Shown: piece after piece, positions 1 to 8,580 of the stretch
Layout: every line of letters starts with the position of its first letter
Numbering within the stretch: position 1 is the stretch's first letter
Virus record (IMG/VR): IMGVR_UViG_3300020057_000496
Span: 102,853 to 166,852 of that record
DNA from: a virus
DNA length: 64,000 nucleotides
Direction: 5' to 3' (one strand)
Made by a program: the position numbers and the translations under genes
Notes under the pieces: model-generated
Seen by the model: the letters and a program-made list of their open reading frames with translations, nothing else
Databases searched by the model: none
What the model was told of the DNA's origin: nothing

Positions 1-1
1 C

Positions 2-199
2 GCTAAGCTTCGCCCTGGATTCGGACGTTCTATCATCTATGTAATAAAGAACAGATCTGAGTGTGGCACTATCGGTAAGATAGAATTAGCATTTGATATG
101 AACGCCCAGAAATATATCGACCGACTTGGAAATGAGCTTGACTTTATACCAGAAATGGACGAGGATATAGCTCCAGTCAATGAAGAAGAGTTTAGATAA
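2..199 (+). CDS. C-terminal end of an SF4 (DnaB/T7 gp4-like) replicative helicase, 5' truncated by window
   Basis: Frame 2 reads ...SIIYVIKNRSECGTIGKIELAFD...DEDIAPVNEEEFR*; KNR-x-G-x-G-x-l-x-fd matches SF4 motif H4, followed by an acidic tail. Confidence 0.65.
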   Translation, partial: AKLRPGFGRSIIYVIKNRSECGTIGKIELAFDMNAQKYIDRLGNELDFIPEMDEDIAPVNEEEFR

Positions 200-785
200 G
201 CCACTCAATATTGCAACGATGAAGCTCCCGGCCGATGTGCTGGAGTTCGGGCTTACCCTTAGAAAACTAAGGACGGCTGCTGGGCTTACCTGTCAGCACG
301 TTGCTGACGCTGGCTGGGTCCGTGAGGCTTCGGTCCGGAAGATGGAAGCGGGAATGAAACTCCCGGCAGCACCGTCCACCCTGCGGATGATCGAAAGGGA
401 ATTGAACTGTAAGCCGGAGTACTTAGTTTCACTAGCAGAGCAACACCGGAAGTATCTGGCTCAGTTCATTGAACTCTTTAGCTCTACCCTGATCGAGTTA
501 CATGACCTTCTCAGGTTTTACCAACCGGACGAAGCCGAGAAGGTTCTTTTACAGATTGTGAATACTTGGAAATTTCAAAGAAAGGAGGAGCAAACAGTAA
601 TGAAGTCAACGGCAACCCCACGTCCGCTCGTAGCCCCGAAGGCTGCGCCGACGCGCAAGACGACCACGAAGTCCGCGCCTGCACGACGCAGCACGACAAT
701 GGCCACGGCGAAGACCGCAGCGAAGACCGCAGCGAAGACCGCAACGAAGACCGCACTGAATCTCGCACTGAAGCGCAGCAAGTAA
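180..785 (+). CDS. XRE-family HTH protein with a C-terminal basic, histone H1-like K/A/T/P tail
   Basis: FGLTLRKLRTAAGLT..VADAG..SVRKMEAG is XRE-like; tail contains AKTA repeats. Confidence 0.65.
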   Translation: MKKSLDKPLNIATMKLPADVLEFGLTLRKLRTAAGLTCQHVADAGWVREASVRKMEAGMKLPAAPSTLRMIERELNCKPEYLVSLAEQHRKYLAQFIELFSSTLIELHDLLRFYQPDEAEKVLLQIVNTWKFQRKEEQTVMKSTATPRPLVAPKAAPTRKTTTKSAPARRSTTMATAKTAAKTAAKTATKTALNLALKRSK

Positions 786-1147
786 AGTCCAGTCAAGACG
801 CGGACACGGACCAGAAATGGGACTGTGTCCGCGTCTCCAGCCCCGCCGGTAAGTGGTACCTGTCGAGGGACGACGACATAGAGCGCCTGTCCGTCAGGGC
901 CGACGGAACACGGCGGGCAGTTTTCTCTCGTGACGAACTAGTAAGGATCAACGGCGGGCTTAAGTCCGCAAATAAGGAAGAGCGCCAAGAGTTACTTCGT
1001 TGTCTGATAGACCTGAAAGAAGTAATTGGAGGAAAGGTTCAGTCAGTTAGCAATCGAAGTATCGACACCTTAAAGAATTCCGTGAGGTCCCACGCGGATT
1101 GGGGATATCAGGACGCCCTTGGCGACGATCCGACAGACCCTACTTAG
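566..1147 (+). CDS. hypothetical protein overlapping the upstream gene by 220 nt
   Basis: 193-aa ORF; C-terminal half looks globular and fills the otherwise empty 786-1147; TTG start uncertain. Confidence 0.45.
   Translation: MEISKKGGANSNEVNGNPTSARSPEGCADAQDDHEVRACTTQHDNGHGEDRSEDRSEDRNEDRTESRTEAQQVKSSQDADTDQKWDCVRVSSPAGKWYLSRDDDIERLSVRADGTRRAVFSRDELVRINGGLKSANKEERQELLRCLIDLKEVIGGKVQSVSNRSIDTLKNSVRSHADWGYQDALGDDPTDPT
708..754 (+). repeat. 12-bp tandem repeat GCGAAGACCGCA, about 4 copies
   Basis: Seen directly; encodes AKTA in one frame and EDRS in the other. Confidence 0.85.
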
Positions 1148-1175
1148 CTCAGCGGCTAGAGCACCGGTTTGGCCG
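1138..1175 (+). ncRNA. tRNA 5'-half-like fragment (D arm present, no T arm)
   Basis: CCCTACT-TA-GCTC-AGCGGCTA-GAGC-ACCGGTTTGG resembles tRNA positions 1-36. Confidence 0.45.
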
Positions 1176-1220
1176 TCGGCAACGCGCGAATGCCTATAAC
1201 GTCATCACGATTCGCGACTA

Positions 1221-1294
1221 GGCTCCCGTAGTTCAAGAAGGTAGGGCACCGGATTATCATCCGGGGATGCATGTGCAAGTCGTGCCGGGAGCCC
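1221..1294 (+). tRNA. tRNA-like element with a 6-nt anticodon loop (Glu/Asp-like body)
   Basis: GGCTCCCG/CGGGAGCC acceptor, GTTC/GGGC D stem, CCGGA-TTATCA-TCCGG arm, GCATG-TGCAAGT-CGTGC T arm. Confidence 0.65.
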
Positions 1295-1298
1295 TCTT

Positions 1299-1364
1299 GC
1301 TGCCCGTAGCTCAATTGGTGGGCGCCATCGGCGCCAGGTGCGGGTTCGAATCCCGTCGGGCGGT
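1299..1364 (+). tRNA. tRNA-like element with a collapsed anticodon arm (3-nt loop)
   Basis: GCTGCCCG/CGGGCGGT acceptor, TAGCTCAATTGGTGGGC D arm, GCC-ATC-GGC arm, GCGGG-TTCGAAT-CCCGT T arm. Confidence 0.7.
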
Positions 1365-1580
1365 ATTGTGTTGTATTTTTTACGAACAAGTACTTTTCTG
1401 AATACCACCAGGGATAGACGGAATCGGTCGCCACGGCACTGCTATGGCGACCCTTCGCTCGTTGGGAAATTCAAATACGTCCAACGCCGTGAATGCAATC
1501 TTGCGTTCTCCCCGAATGGTCAGCGAGTTCACGTCCGACAGCTCGCTAAGTTCAGGGCCAGAACTTTAAGGGTAAAATAA

Positions 1581-2438
1581 ATGAAGGTAGTCGTTACTCG
1601 CGGATTGCCTGGCTCTGGGAAGTCGTGTTTCGCAAAGGAACTGATAGACTCCGACAAGAGCTACGTACGCGTCAACCGGGACGAGATACGCCTGACACTC
1701 TATAACGGAAAGTTTTCTGCGAAGAACGAAGAGCTTACGACTGCCGTTCGGGACTCCATGATTGACGCCGCGCTCCTCTCCGGTCGCAACGTCGTCGTGG
1801 ACGAAACTGCGCTGTCCCCGTCGGTCATGGCGACACTCAAGCTTAAGGCAGAGGCACACGGGGCGGAATTCGAAATCAAGGAATTCAACAAGCCGTACGA
1901 AGACTGCATCCGTGACGACTTGACTCGCGCCAATCCAGTCGGCCACAAGGTGATTACGAGGATGTACCTGAAGTACATCAAGCCAAAAGAAAAGAAGCTC
2001 TATGAACAGACTGAAGGACTACCTTCCGCTATCCTCGTGGATATCGACGGCACGGTCGCAAATTGCGATTCCCGCTCTCCGTTTGACACGAATGCTTGTT
2101 TACAGGACAGACCTAATAATCATGTTATTAGCGCGGTGGTTTCATTAAGCCGTGATCACCGAGTCTTTTTTATAACCGGACGAGACGAGCGCTTCCGAGA
2201 AAAGACCACTACTTGGATCAAGCGGCACGTCTTCCCTGGCGACTACTGGTTTAAGTTACACATGCGCGCGGACGCCGACAAGCGCAAGGACTACGAAGTC
2301 AAGGAAGAGATTATCGTCAACGAGATCATAGGGCGCTATAACGTCCTCGTATGCTTCGAGGACCGTCCGCGCAATCTCAGGATGATGCGCCGACTCGGCT
2401 TGTCTACAATGGACTGCGGACTGGGGTTTGAATTCTAA
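1581..2438 (+). CDS. pseT: polynucleotide 5'-kinase/3'-phosphatase (T4 PseT-like)
   Basis: P-loop GLPGSGKS, NRDEIR motif, HAD motif DIDGT, FEDR. Confidence 0.93.
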   Translation: MKVVVTRGLPGSGKSCFAKELIDSDKSYVRVNRDEIRLTLYNGKFSAKNEELTTAVRDSMIDAALLSGRNVVVDETALSPSVMATLKLKAEAHGAEFEIKEFNKPYEDCIRDDLTRANPVGHKVITRMYLKYIKPKEKKLYEQTEGLPSAILVDIDGTVANCDSRSPFDTNACLQDRPNNHVISAVVSLSRDHRVFFITGRDERFREKTTTWIKRHVFPGDYWFKLHMRADADKRKDYEVKEEIIVNEIIGRYNVLVCFEDRPRNLRMMRRLGLSTMDCGLGFEF

Positions 2439-3508
2439 TGGACTGCCATCTCCAGGACTATCTACGTAACGGCGGATCGCTTACTAATCTCGAAGAAGTA
2501 CTTCGCGTCAAGCACAAGCGGCACGGGACATATCCAAACCTCTTACTGTTCTCTTACTCTATCGGCTGTTCGTTCGAATTCCCACTACAGTTAGAGTCAC
2601 GCGGAATCATTCTCGACGAACAAGACGACTGGCGCGTAGTCAGTCGCAGCTTTGACAAATTCTTCAACCTCGGCGAAGGCAGGGCCACAGCTATCGACTG
2701 GGCCAGTATAGTAGTAAACGAAAAGCAAGACGGCTCGCTCGTGAGTGTATATAGACACAACGGAAACTTGCAATTCGCGACTACGGGGACACCGGACGCC
2801 AACTGCCCAATTGGCGACTATCAGGTGACGTTCGCGGAATTGTTCCGGCAGACGCTGCAAGAGCTTAGCCTCTGGCCACTTCCGGAGATGCCCGGCGTAA
2901 CTCTCTTGTTCGAGTTGTGCACGCCGCTGAATAGGGTCGTCGTCAACTCCTTGACGAATAAGGTGTTCTTTCTTGGGGCAAGAGAAGCCGAGACTGGATG
3001 CTGGCTATCTAATGACCTACCGGAGTTCAGTCACCTCCCAAAGCCACGCATATTTTCATTTCGAACACGAGAAGAAGTGCTGGCCTCACTCGAACATTTC
3101 AGTGGGCTCCATCAAGAAGGTTACGTCGTTACCGACGCTAATTACAACAGAGTAAAGATCAAGCACCCCGAATACGTCCAGTTACACCACTCGGTTTTTG
3201 GTACGACTTATTCGAGCATCGTCGAGCTTGCCCTAAAGCAGGAGTCATCCGAGATCCTAGCTCATTTCCCGGACTTAACAAAGCTGCTCAAGGACACTGA
3301 GCAGAAGATCATAAGCCTCTGTGTAACAGTCGAGAATACCTACGCCGAAATTAAAGACCTGACTACGCGTCGGGAGTTTGCACAGAGGGCGAAGTTCTAT
3401 AAGTATTCGGCCGTTCTATTTAAAATGCTAGACAAGAAGCTGTGCGCCCTGGAGGTCCTGAGACTGGAACGAATTAAGACCGTAATTGAATACCTCAAGG
3501 AGAACTAA
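2438..3508 (+). CDS. RNA ligase 1 (T4 RnlA-like)
   Basis: SRGIILD, RSFDKFFN, motif I EKQDGS, FE, QEGYV, RVKIK; translationally coupled to PNK. Confidence 0.9.
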   Translation: MDCHLQDYLRNGGSLTNLEEVLRVKHKRHGTYPNLLLFSYSIGCSFEFPLQLESRGIILDEQDDWRVVSRSFDKFFNLGEGRATAIDWASIVVNEKQDGSLVSVYRHNGNLQFATTGTPDANCPIGDYQVTFAELFRQTLQELSLWPLPEMPGVTLLFELCTPLNRVVVNSLTNKVFFLGAREAETGCWLSNDLPEFSHLPKPRIFSFRTREEVLASLEHFSGLHQEGYVVTDANYNRVKIKHPEYVQLHHSVFGTTYSSIVELALKQESSEILAHFPDLTKLLKDTEQKIISLCVTVENTYAEIKDLTTRREFAQRAKFYKYSAVLFKMLDKKLCALEVLRLERIKTVIEYLKEN

Positions 3509-4014
3509 TGGAAGAGAACAATCGGTCTATATATCTACAGCGTAAAGACGGTCTCTTTGTTGTAAAATTCTTCCGTCAAAAGCATGAATACTACGTTGGG
3601 GCCTTCAAGGATATCAACGTAGCCCGTGTCGAACGGGACAGGGCGTACCTAAAGCTGAAGTGCGGGGATCTTTCCGGAATCAAGGTTCGCGAGTCCGTAA
3701 AGCGCAAAGTCTTCTCCGAAGAGCAGTGGTACAAGCAGTACCTGGAGTACCCGTTATATATGGATACTCCGCAGTATAAGCTCCGTTATGCCGTATTAAT
3801 TTCGGCGTTACGGGATTTCTGCGATACCGCTCGGATAGGCAAGTACACAAAGGCCCAACACTGGATCATGGAATCGTCACATCCGGACGACACCTTCTCC
3901 TTCGTCAATGTCTGCGAACTCTTCCATCTCAGCCCTGCGGCGGTAAGAAAGCAACTAAATGGACTTAATCAAAAGCAAAAGCAAGCACTCAAGTCGTATA
4001 CGATCTTTAACTAA
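3508..4014 (+). CDS. putative DNA-binding protein: AP2-like N-terminus plus helical C-terminal domain
   Basis: YYVGAFKDINVARVERDRAYLKL is AP2-like; AVLISALRDF...AQHWI...FSFVNVCELFHLSPAAVR in the C-terminus. Confidence 0.6.
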   Translation: MEENNRSIYLQRKDGLFVVKFFRQKHEYYVGAFKDINVARVERDRAYLKLKCGDLSGIKVRESVKRKVFSEEQWYKQYLEYPLYMDTPQYKLRYAVLISALRDFCDTARIGKYTKAQHWIMESSHPDDTFSFVNVCELFHLSPAAVRKQLNGLNQKQKQALKSYTIFN

Positions 4015-4282
4015 GACACAGAATCTTATTGTTAAAGAATGCGACTCTATACGTGATCTTCTATTAGAAAAAAACCGTAGTTACGGCGATTCATTTTCAA
4101 GGCCAATTGGAATATTCGCTGCCGGTCACGATGCCGATGTGCAAATTAGGGTCCGAATTGATGACAAGCTGGCCCGCATCTCGCGCGGAACTGAGTATTC
4201 AAATGAAGACACGATCACGGACCTTATTGGATACTTGATATTATTGCGCCTCCTTGTAAACGTGAAAAAGAAAAAACATTAG
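3959..4282 (+). CDS. nucleotide-modification-associated domain 1 (DUF1599/Nmad1-like) protein
   Basis: LLEKNRSYGDS, VRIDDKLARI, EDTITDLIGYLIL. Confidence 0.8.
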   Translation: MDLIKSKSKHSSRIRSLTKTQNLIVKECDSIRDLLLEKNRSYGDSFSRPIGIFAAGHDADVQIRVRIDDKLARISRGTEYSNEDTITDLIGYLILLRLLVNVKKKKH

Positions 4283-4288
4283 TATCTC

Positions 4289-4437
4289 GTGCAGTACATG
4301 GGCGGCAAGGTCAGGTTAATTAAAAGATCAGCAAGCGAGCTTCCGTAATTGCGTCCTTCCCGCACAAAACTGAAATGCGTACTCCAACTTCGAAAAATCA
4401 AACAAGTAGAGTCGAGAACCTGTATCTCGTAAGGTAG
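4289..4437 (+). pseudogene. internally deleted Dam-like (D12 class) DNA adenine methyltransferase remnant
   Basis: GTG-start MQYMGGKVR (typical N-terminus), followed by a segment ending ...SRVENLYLVR* (typical C-terminus); the middle is missing. Confidence 0.5.
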
Positions 4438-4447
4438 GCAAAATTTA

Positions 4448-5422
4448 ATGAGCAATAGCACACATGACGTCGTAGTATACAAACTAGGTCCCGTTACCGA
4501 GCACCCGGCCGCCGACCAAATCGAGATCCACCACGTCTGGAATTACGTCTGCATCTCCCAGAAGGGTCTCTATAAAGAAGGAGACTTAGTTGCGTTTATT
4601 CCGCCGGACAACGTCGTCCCAGACATCGAACAGTACGCCTGGCTAAGTGGCAAGCGGCGAATTAGGGCAAAGAAGATTCGTGGCATAGTGTCGTACGGGT
4701 TGCTGGTCGCCGCACCGGAAGGTTCGATTGAAGGGGACGTAGTCACTGAGCAGCTCGGAGTCGCACATTACGAGCCGCCAATATTAACATCCAATGGAGG
4801 TGGTTTCAGTCAGGCTAAGCCACCGCCCGGCTACTATGCCAAGTACGACATAGATTCCCTTCAGCGATACGCGGACTGCCTTGAGCCGGGCGAGGAAGTA
4901 TGGATTACCGAAAAGCTCCACGGATGTTGCTTTTCTGCGATCTATATCGACGGAGCCCTGCACGTCCAGTCACATAATTTCTGGCGCAAGGAGGACGACG
5001 ACAACGTATTCTGGCCGGCACTCCGGAACACTCCGGGCCTAGCGGAGTGGCTAGAAGAGCATCCGGGAACTCTACTACAGGGAGAAGTAGTCCCGACCGC
5101 ACGTGTCGCCAAGACAGTCTTCGACTACGGGTACACCTGGGGGACTCCGCGAGTCGTGTTGTTCGATATGTCCCAAGACGGTTCTTACTTCTCACACGAG
5201 GTGGCGCGAGGACTTAGCAAGGACCTGACTTGGGTGCCTACTATTGGCCGCGAGGCGTTCTCGTTGGAGCGAGCGGAGGAGCTGACAACTGGGCCGAGTC
5301 TTATGCCAGGTGCAAATCATCTCAGAGAGGGCCTTGTTCTCACGCCGGTCAATGAGCGCATGCACGACCGCATAGGACGAATTAAACTAAAGCTCGTATC
5401 GCACAAGTACCTAGAACTTTAA
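4448..5422 (+). CDS. ATP-dependent RNA ligase, DRB0094 (Rnl5-like) family
   Basis: N-terminal OB-like HPAADQIE..IPPD..IRGIVSYGL; motifs TEKLHG, GE, FD, REGLV, KLKLV. Confidence 0.88.
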   Translation: MSNSTHDVVVYKLGPVTEHPAADQIEIHHVWNYVCISQKGLYKEGDLVAFIPPDNVVPDIEQYAWLSGKRRIRAKKIRGIVSYGLLVAAPEGSIEGDVVTEQLGVAHYEPPILTSNGGGFSQAKPPPGYYAKYDIDSLQRYADCLEPGEEVWITEKLHGCCFSAIYIDGALHVQSHNFWRKEDDDNVFWPALRNTPGLAEWLEEHPGTLLQGEVVPTARVAKTVFDYGYTWGTPRVVLFDMSQDGSYFSHEVARGLSKDLTWVPTIGREAFSLERAEELTTGPSLMPGANHLREGLVLTPVNERMHDRIGRIKLKLVSHKYLEL

Positions 5423-5458
5423 TAGCCCGCAACACGCCTGACGGCGCCTGGGGATACT

Positions 5459-5779
5459 ATGACGAAAAAGATAAAATTCCTTATCGAAGTTGAATACGTA
5501 CTGGATAAATGGGACCCGAAACAGAAAGACAAGGACTGGATTCCGGACTACGCCCTTGACCTCCGTGAGCGCTGTGACATGGTGATTGAATTCCCATGTA
5601 GCGAAGTAATGGACGCCGGGCGCGAGCTAGGCCACACCGGTGCGACCTATGACTATCTCGACGTCAGTTACTGTCGCGACCTGGGCTACCCCTCGAAGAT
5701 CAAGGTTCGCCGTGTTAAGACCCCAGCGCCGCGCCGTAAGCCAACGCCCGGGGTGGCAAAGCGTAAGGCCAAGAATTAA
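5459..5779 (+). CDS. hypothetical protein
   Basis: 106-aa ORF in operon context. Confidence 0.6.
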   Translation: MTKKIKFLIEVEYVLDKWDPKQKDKDWIPDYALDLRERCDMVIEFPCSEVMDAGRELGHTGATYDYLDVSYCRDLGYPSKIKVRRVKTPAPRRKPTPGVAKRKAKN

Positions 5780-5780
5780 C

Positions 5781-6206
5781 GTGATCTTTCTCGGTGGAAC
5801 TTGCGGCAACAACGACTGGCGCAATCGTCTCTTTACGGACTTAAATAGGGCGCAAGTAAATACGGACAACCTCTACAACCCAGTAGTGCCCGACTGGACT
5901 TCTGTCGCACAGGCAAGCGAAGAGAAGGCAAAGGCGAGTGCTGAGTATTGTGTTTTCTATATTGCCAACCCTCGCTTAGATGGCGTCAATATTTCTGCTT
6001 TCTCAATGGTTGAGGCAACGATGGCACTCTACGACAGTCCAGACACGACTGTCGTGGTGTTCGACGAAGACGGGATAGAAGGACACGTACTTAAGGCGAT
6101 GCAGCGGACACGTCAGGTTCTACAGGCTCGATTCCCTACCGTCGAGTTCTTGAGTTCGTATCAAGCACTAGTAGATTACTTGATCGTAATGGCAGTCAAG
6201 AACTAA
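5781..6206 (+). CDS. nucleoside 2-deoxyribosyltransferase-like protein
   Basis: IFLGGTCGNNDWR, YNPVVPDW, FSMVE; GTG start at 5781 within the 5640 ORF. Confidence 0.75.
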   Translation: MIFLGGTCGNNDWRNRLFTDLNRAQVNTDNLYNPVVPDWTSVAQASEEKAKASAEYCVFYIANPRLDGVNISAFSMVEATMALYDSPDTTVVVFDEDGIEGHVLKAMQRTRQVLQARFPTVEFLSSYQALVDYLIVMAVKN

Positions 6207-7363
6207 TGCCGACGTTGCTCTTTAAGAAGGGTTCGAATGGGAAAATTATCCAGTGGCGAAACTGGGTAATTGGTGCCGAACTCCAGACCGAACACGGCCA
6301 AGTCGGAGGCAAGTTGCAGCTTACCTCTGAGGTGTTTTTCGCAGGGAAGAATATCGCCAAGTCAAACGCGACCACGGCCGAAGAGCAGGCCGAGCTGGAG
6401 GCGCAGGCGCGCTGGACGAAGAAGAAGAAATCCGGCTATGTCGTTTCACTAACAGAAGCTAGAGCTGGCGGACGTGACGTGGTGATCCAGGGGGGCGTTG
6501 ACCCGATGTTGGCACAGTCTTACTCGAAACACGCCGCAAAGATCAAGTGGCCGGCTTACAGTCAACCCAAACTCGACGGAATTAGATGTCTGGCGTTACT
6601 CACCGAAAAAGGTGACGTAACGCTGTGGTCACGGACTCGAAAGCCTATCAAGTCGATGCCTCACGTGATCAAGGCGCTCAAGGGCCTGCACGTCAAGGCA
6701 GGTACCGTCCTGGACGGCGAGTTATATTCGCATGCGGCCTGGAATGCTGTCGCCGACGAAGCCGAGGACTCGGAGTCGGCCCATAAAGTCTTGTTCGAAA
6801 AGATAACAAGCCTGGTGCGTCCGCTTGAGCCAGTACCGGGCCACGAAATTATGGAATACCACGTCTACGACATGTGTGTAGATCTACCTTTCGAACAACG
6901 ACATTGGAATTTAGCCAGGCTACTAAGGAAGGCAACCCTGCCGCTCGTCCTAGTCGAGACCTTACATTGCGAGTCCGAGCCCGACGGCGTGTCTCACTAC
7001 GGGGACTGTCTTACGCGTGGTTACGAGGGTGCGATGTTCAGGAATGCCGACTCAACCTACGAATTCGGCAAGCGCAGTTATTCGCTCCAGAAGGTCAAGC
7101 AGTTCGATGACGCCGAATACGAGATTACCGGAGTAATGGAAGGGCGTGGTAAACTTGCCGGGTGTGCGGGCTCCATGGAGTGCAGGTTGCCGAACGGAGG
7201 GGTGTTCAATGTCAAGATGAAGGGCTCCTTCGAAAGATTGCGGGAGTTCTTCCAGCATCCGCCGGTGGGAAAACTACTCACGGTGCAGTACCAAAACTTA
7301 ACGGCAGCCGGTGTACCTAGATTCCCCATTGGACTAAAGATTCTACAGGACAAGGACTACTAA
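6206..7363 (+). CDS. ATP-dependent DNA ligase with N-terminal WGR-like domain
   Basis: PMLA, QPKLDGIR, LDGELY, YEGAMFR, KRS, OB-fold VPRFP. Confidence 0.93.
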   Translation: MPTLLFKKGSNGKIIQWRNWVIGAELQTEHGQVGGKLQLTSEVFFAGKNIAKSNATTAEEQAELEAQARWTKKKKSGYVVSLTEARAGGRDVVIQGGVDPMLAQSYSKHAAKIKWPAYSQPKLDGIRCLALLTEKGDVTLWSRTRKPIKSMPHVIKALKGLHVKAGTVLDGELYSHAAWNAVADEAEDSESAHKVLFEKITSLVRPLEPVPGHEIMEYHVYDMCVDLPFEQRHWNLARLLRKATLPLVLVETLHCESEPDGVSHYGDCLTRGYEGAMFRNADSTYEFGKRSYSLQKVKQFDDAEYEITGVMEGRGKLAGCAGSMECRLPNGGVFNVKMKGSFERLREFFQHPPVGKLLTVQYQNLTAAGVPRFPIGLKILQDKDY

Positions 7364-7464
7364 AGCGACATTAGTCTTTATATCCATAGCTGGCGGTAAG
7401 TACTGTGCTAGACATCTCGCCAGACTTTGTCTCTAACTAGCAGAATTAAGCAAGGAAAACGGTA

Positions 7465-7908
7465 ATGCGAACTAAGATTAAATTCCCAATTGGTGACTGG
7501 TCAGATGATGGCCACGGCAGGTGTGACTGGTACATGGCTAGCACCACGATGACGGTCGAGGACGTCAGAGAGGCACATTTTGCTTGTAAAAATAAGTTCG
7601 GGTTCGATATCGGTGAGATCTGTTCCCAGTACGGAGAGACGACTATCGACTCCGATTTAGCTAAGAAGATTTCCGCCGTAGTTCCACTAGGTGATTATGC
7701 GTACGGCGCAGAAGGAAGTGGCGAATATACCTTTGAGTACAATACTGAGGCCGTTTTTGCGCTATGGATTGCTATCTTAAATAAGTCTAACCTAGATTTA
7801 GATTTAGTCACAGAAGAAGTAGCGATTGAAGCTATTCAGTTCAGCGGCCACGACTCGCTAGGGAGACATATAGTCGTACCGGGCTACGGAGTGTTCGGGG
7901 AAGCCTAG
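7465..7908 (+). CDS. hypothetical phage protein
   Basis: AAGGA RBS; IGDWSDDGHG...GYG motif recurrent in phage proteins. Confidence 0.7.
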   Translation: MRTKIKFPIGDWSDDGHGRCDWYMASTTMTVEDVREAHFACKNKFGFDIGEICSQYGETTIDSDLAKKISAVVPLGDYAYGAEGSGEYTFEYNTEAVFALWIAILNKSNLDLDLVTEEVAIEAIQFSGHDSLGRHIVVPGYGVFGEA

Positions 7909-8111
7909 TGGACTGCCAGGGGTGCTTCAAGCCAACGAAGGAGTACGGACCTATCTGTCCTGAATGCAACCCACTACTGTTCGAAATGATCAAAGCTGGT
8001 GCGGACATAGGCGGGGTAGAGTACCGCTGGTCTGTACTCTGTCCCGCCTGCGTTCATCTCCATAAACAGGAACATGCCCTCAGCCGAGCGGGGCCTGACA
8101 TCGAACTTTAG
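7908..8111 (+). CDS. small Cys-rich (zinc-finger-like) protein
   Basis: Three CxxC pairs; coupled start. Confidence 0.5.
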   Translation: MDCQGCFKPTKEYGPICPECNPLLFEMIKAGADIGGVEYRWSVLCPACVHLHKQEHALSRAGPDIEL

Positions 8112-8187
8112 GCCACAACGCAAAGAGGCCACCCGGAGGCGACCTTTCTACAGGCATACGATTTCAGCGTTGCCCTTTACTGAGAGT

Positions 8188-8262
8188 AGAAATGGACAGG
8201 ATTCGAACCTGCATCAATACCGTAATATGGTACCAGCCTTGACCAATTAGGCTACCATTTCT
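8188..8262 (-). tRNA. tRNA-like element, nominal anticodon ATT, non-canonical arm
   Basis: AGAAATGG/CCATTTCT acceptor, GCCT/AGGC D stem, GTACC-ATATTAC-GGTAT, GCAGG-TTCGAAT-CCTGT. Confidence 0.7.
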
Positions 8263-8269
8263 ATCCAAG

Positions 8270-8340
8270 TCGGACCGGCAGGAGTTAAACCTGCGTCCTG
8301 GGAGCGACCCAGTGCTCTGGTCGCTAGAGCTACGGTCCGA
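8270..8340 (-). tRNA. tRNA-like element with a 5-nt anticodon loop
   Basis: TCGGACCG/CGGTCCGA, GCTC/GAGC D stem, CTGGG-TCGCT-CCCAG, GCAGG-TTTAACT-CCTGC. Confidence 0.7.
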
Positions 8341-8344
8341 AAAG

Positions 8345-8417
8345 CTGGCAGGGCACGACTTGAACGTGCATTTCCTGGTAACAGGCCCAGGGTCCTTTCT
8401 TTTAGATGACCTGCCAG
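8345..8417 (-). tRNA. tRNA-like element with an 8-nt anticodon loop (Asn GTT-like)
   Basis: CTGGCAGG/CCTGCCAG, CCTGG-GCCTGTTA-CCAGG, GCACG-TTCAAGT-CGTGC. Confidence 0.65.
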
Positions 8418-8426
8418 ACAAAGCGA

Positions 8427-8488
8427 GGCGACACCGGCGTTTCACCGAGACCTTTCGGCCTTGTCCCTCTCTAGAACTGTAGCCTGCC
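8427..8488 (-). ncRNA. highly diverged tRNA-like element with a GAAA-tetraloop hairpin in place of the anticodon arm
   Basis: GGCAGGC...GTCGCC ends, GGCC-GAAA-GGTC hairpin, TCGG-TGAAACG-CCGG T-arm-like. Confidence 0.4.
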
Positions 8489-8498
8489 GACACTCTAA

Positions 8499-8580
8499 CT
8501 TCGGCAGCATGAGTCGAACATGCACCACTTTCTTTCTTCTTTTTAAGAAAGAATCGCTCTACCGTTGAGCTATACCGGAG
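8499..8580 (-). tRNA. tRNA-like element with an elongated U/A-rich anticodon arm
   Basis: CTCCGGTA/TGCCGAAG, TAGCTCAACGGTAGAGC, TTCTTTCTT-AAAAAG-AAGAAAGAA, GCATG-TTCGACT-CATGC. Confidence 0.7.

Noticed and set aside
1138-1250. Intron-containing tRNA using GGTAGGG (about 1240-1246) as the 3' acceptor strand
   Set aside because: No T stem forms, and that sequence is better explained as the D arm of the next element.
8499-8580. Ochre suppressor tRNA or alternative genetic code
   Set aside because: The TTA register lacks U33 and a longer alternative stem is favoured; genes end normally at TAA, TAG and TGA.
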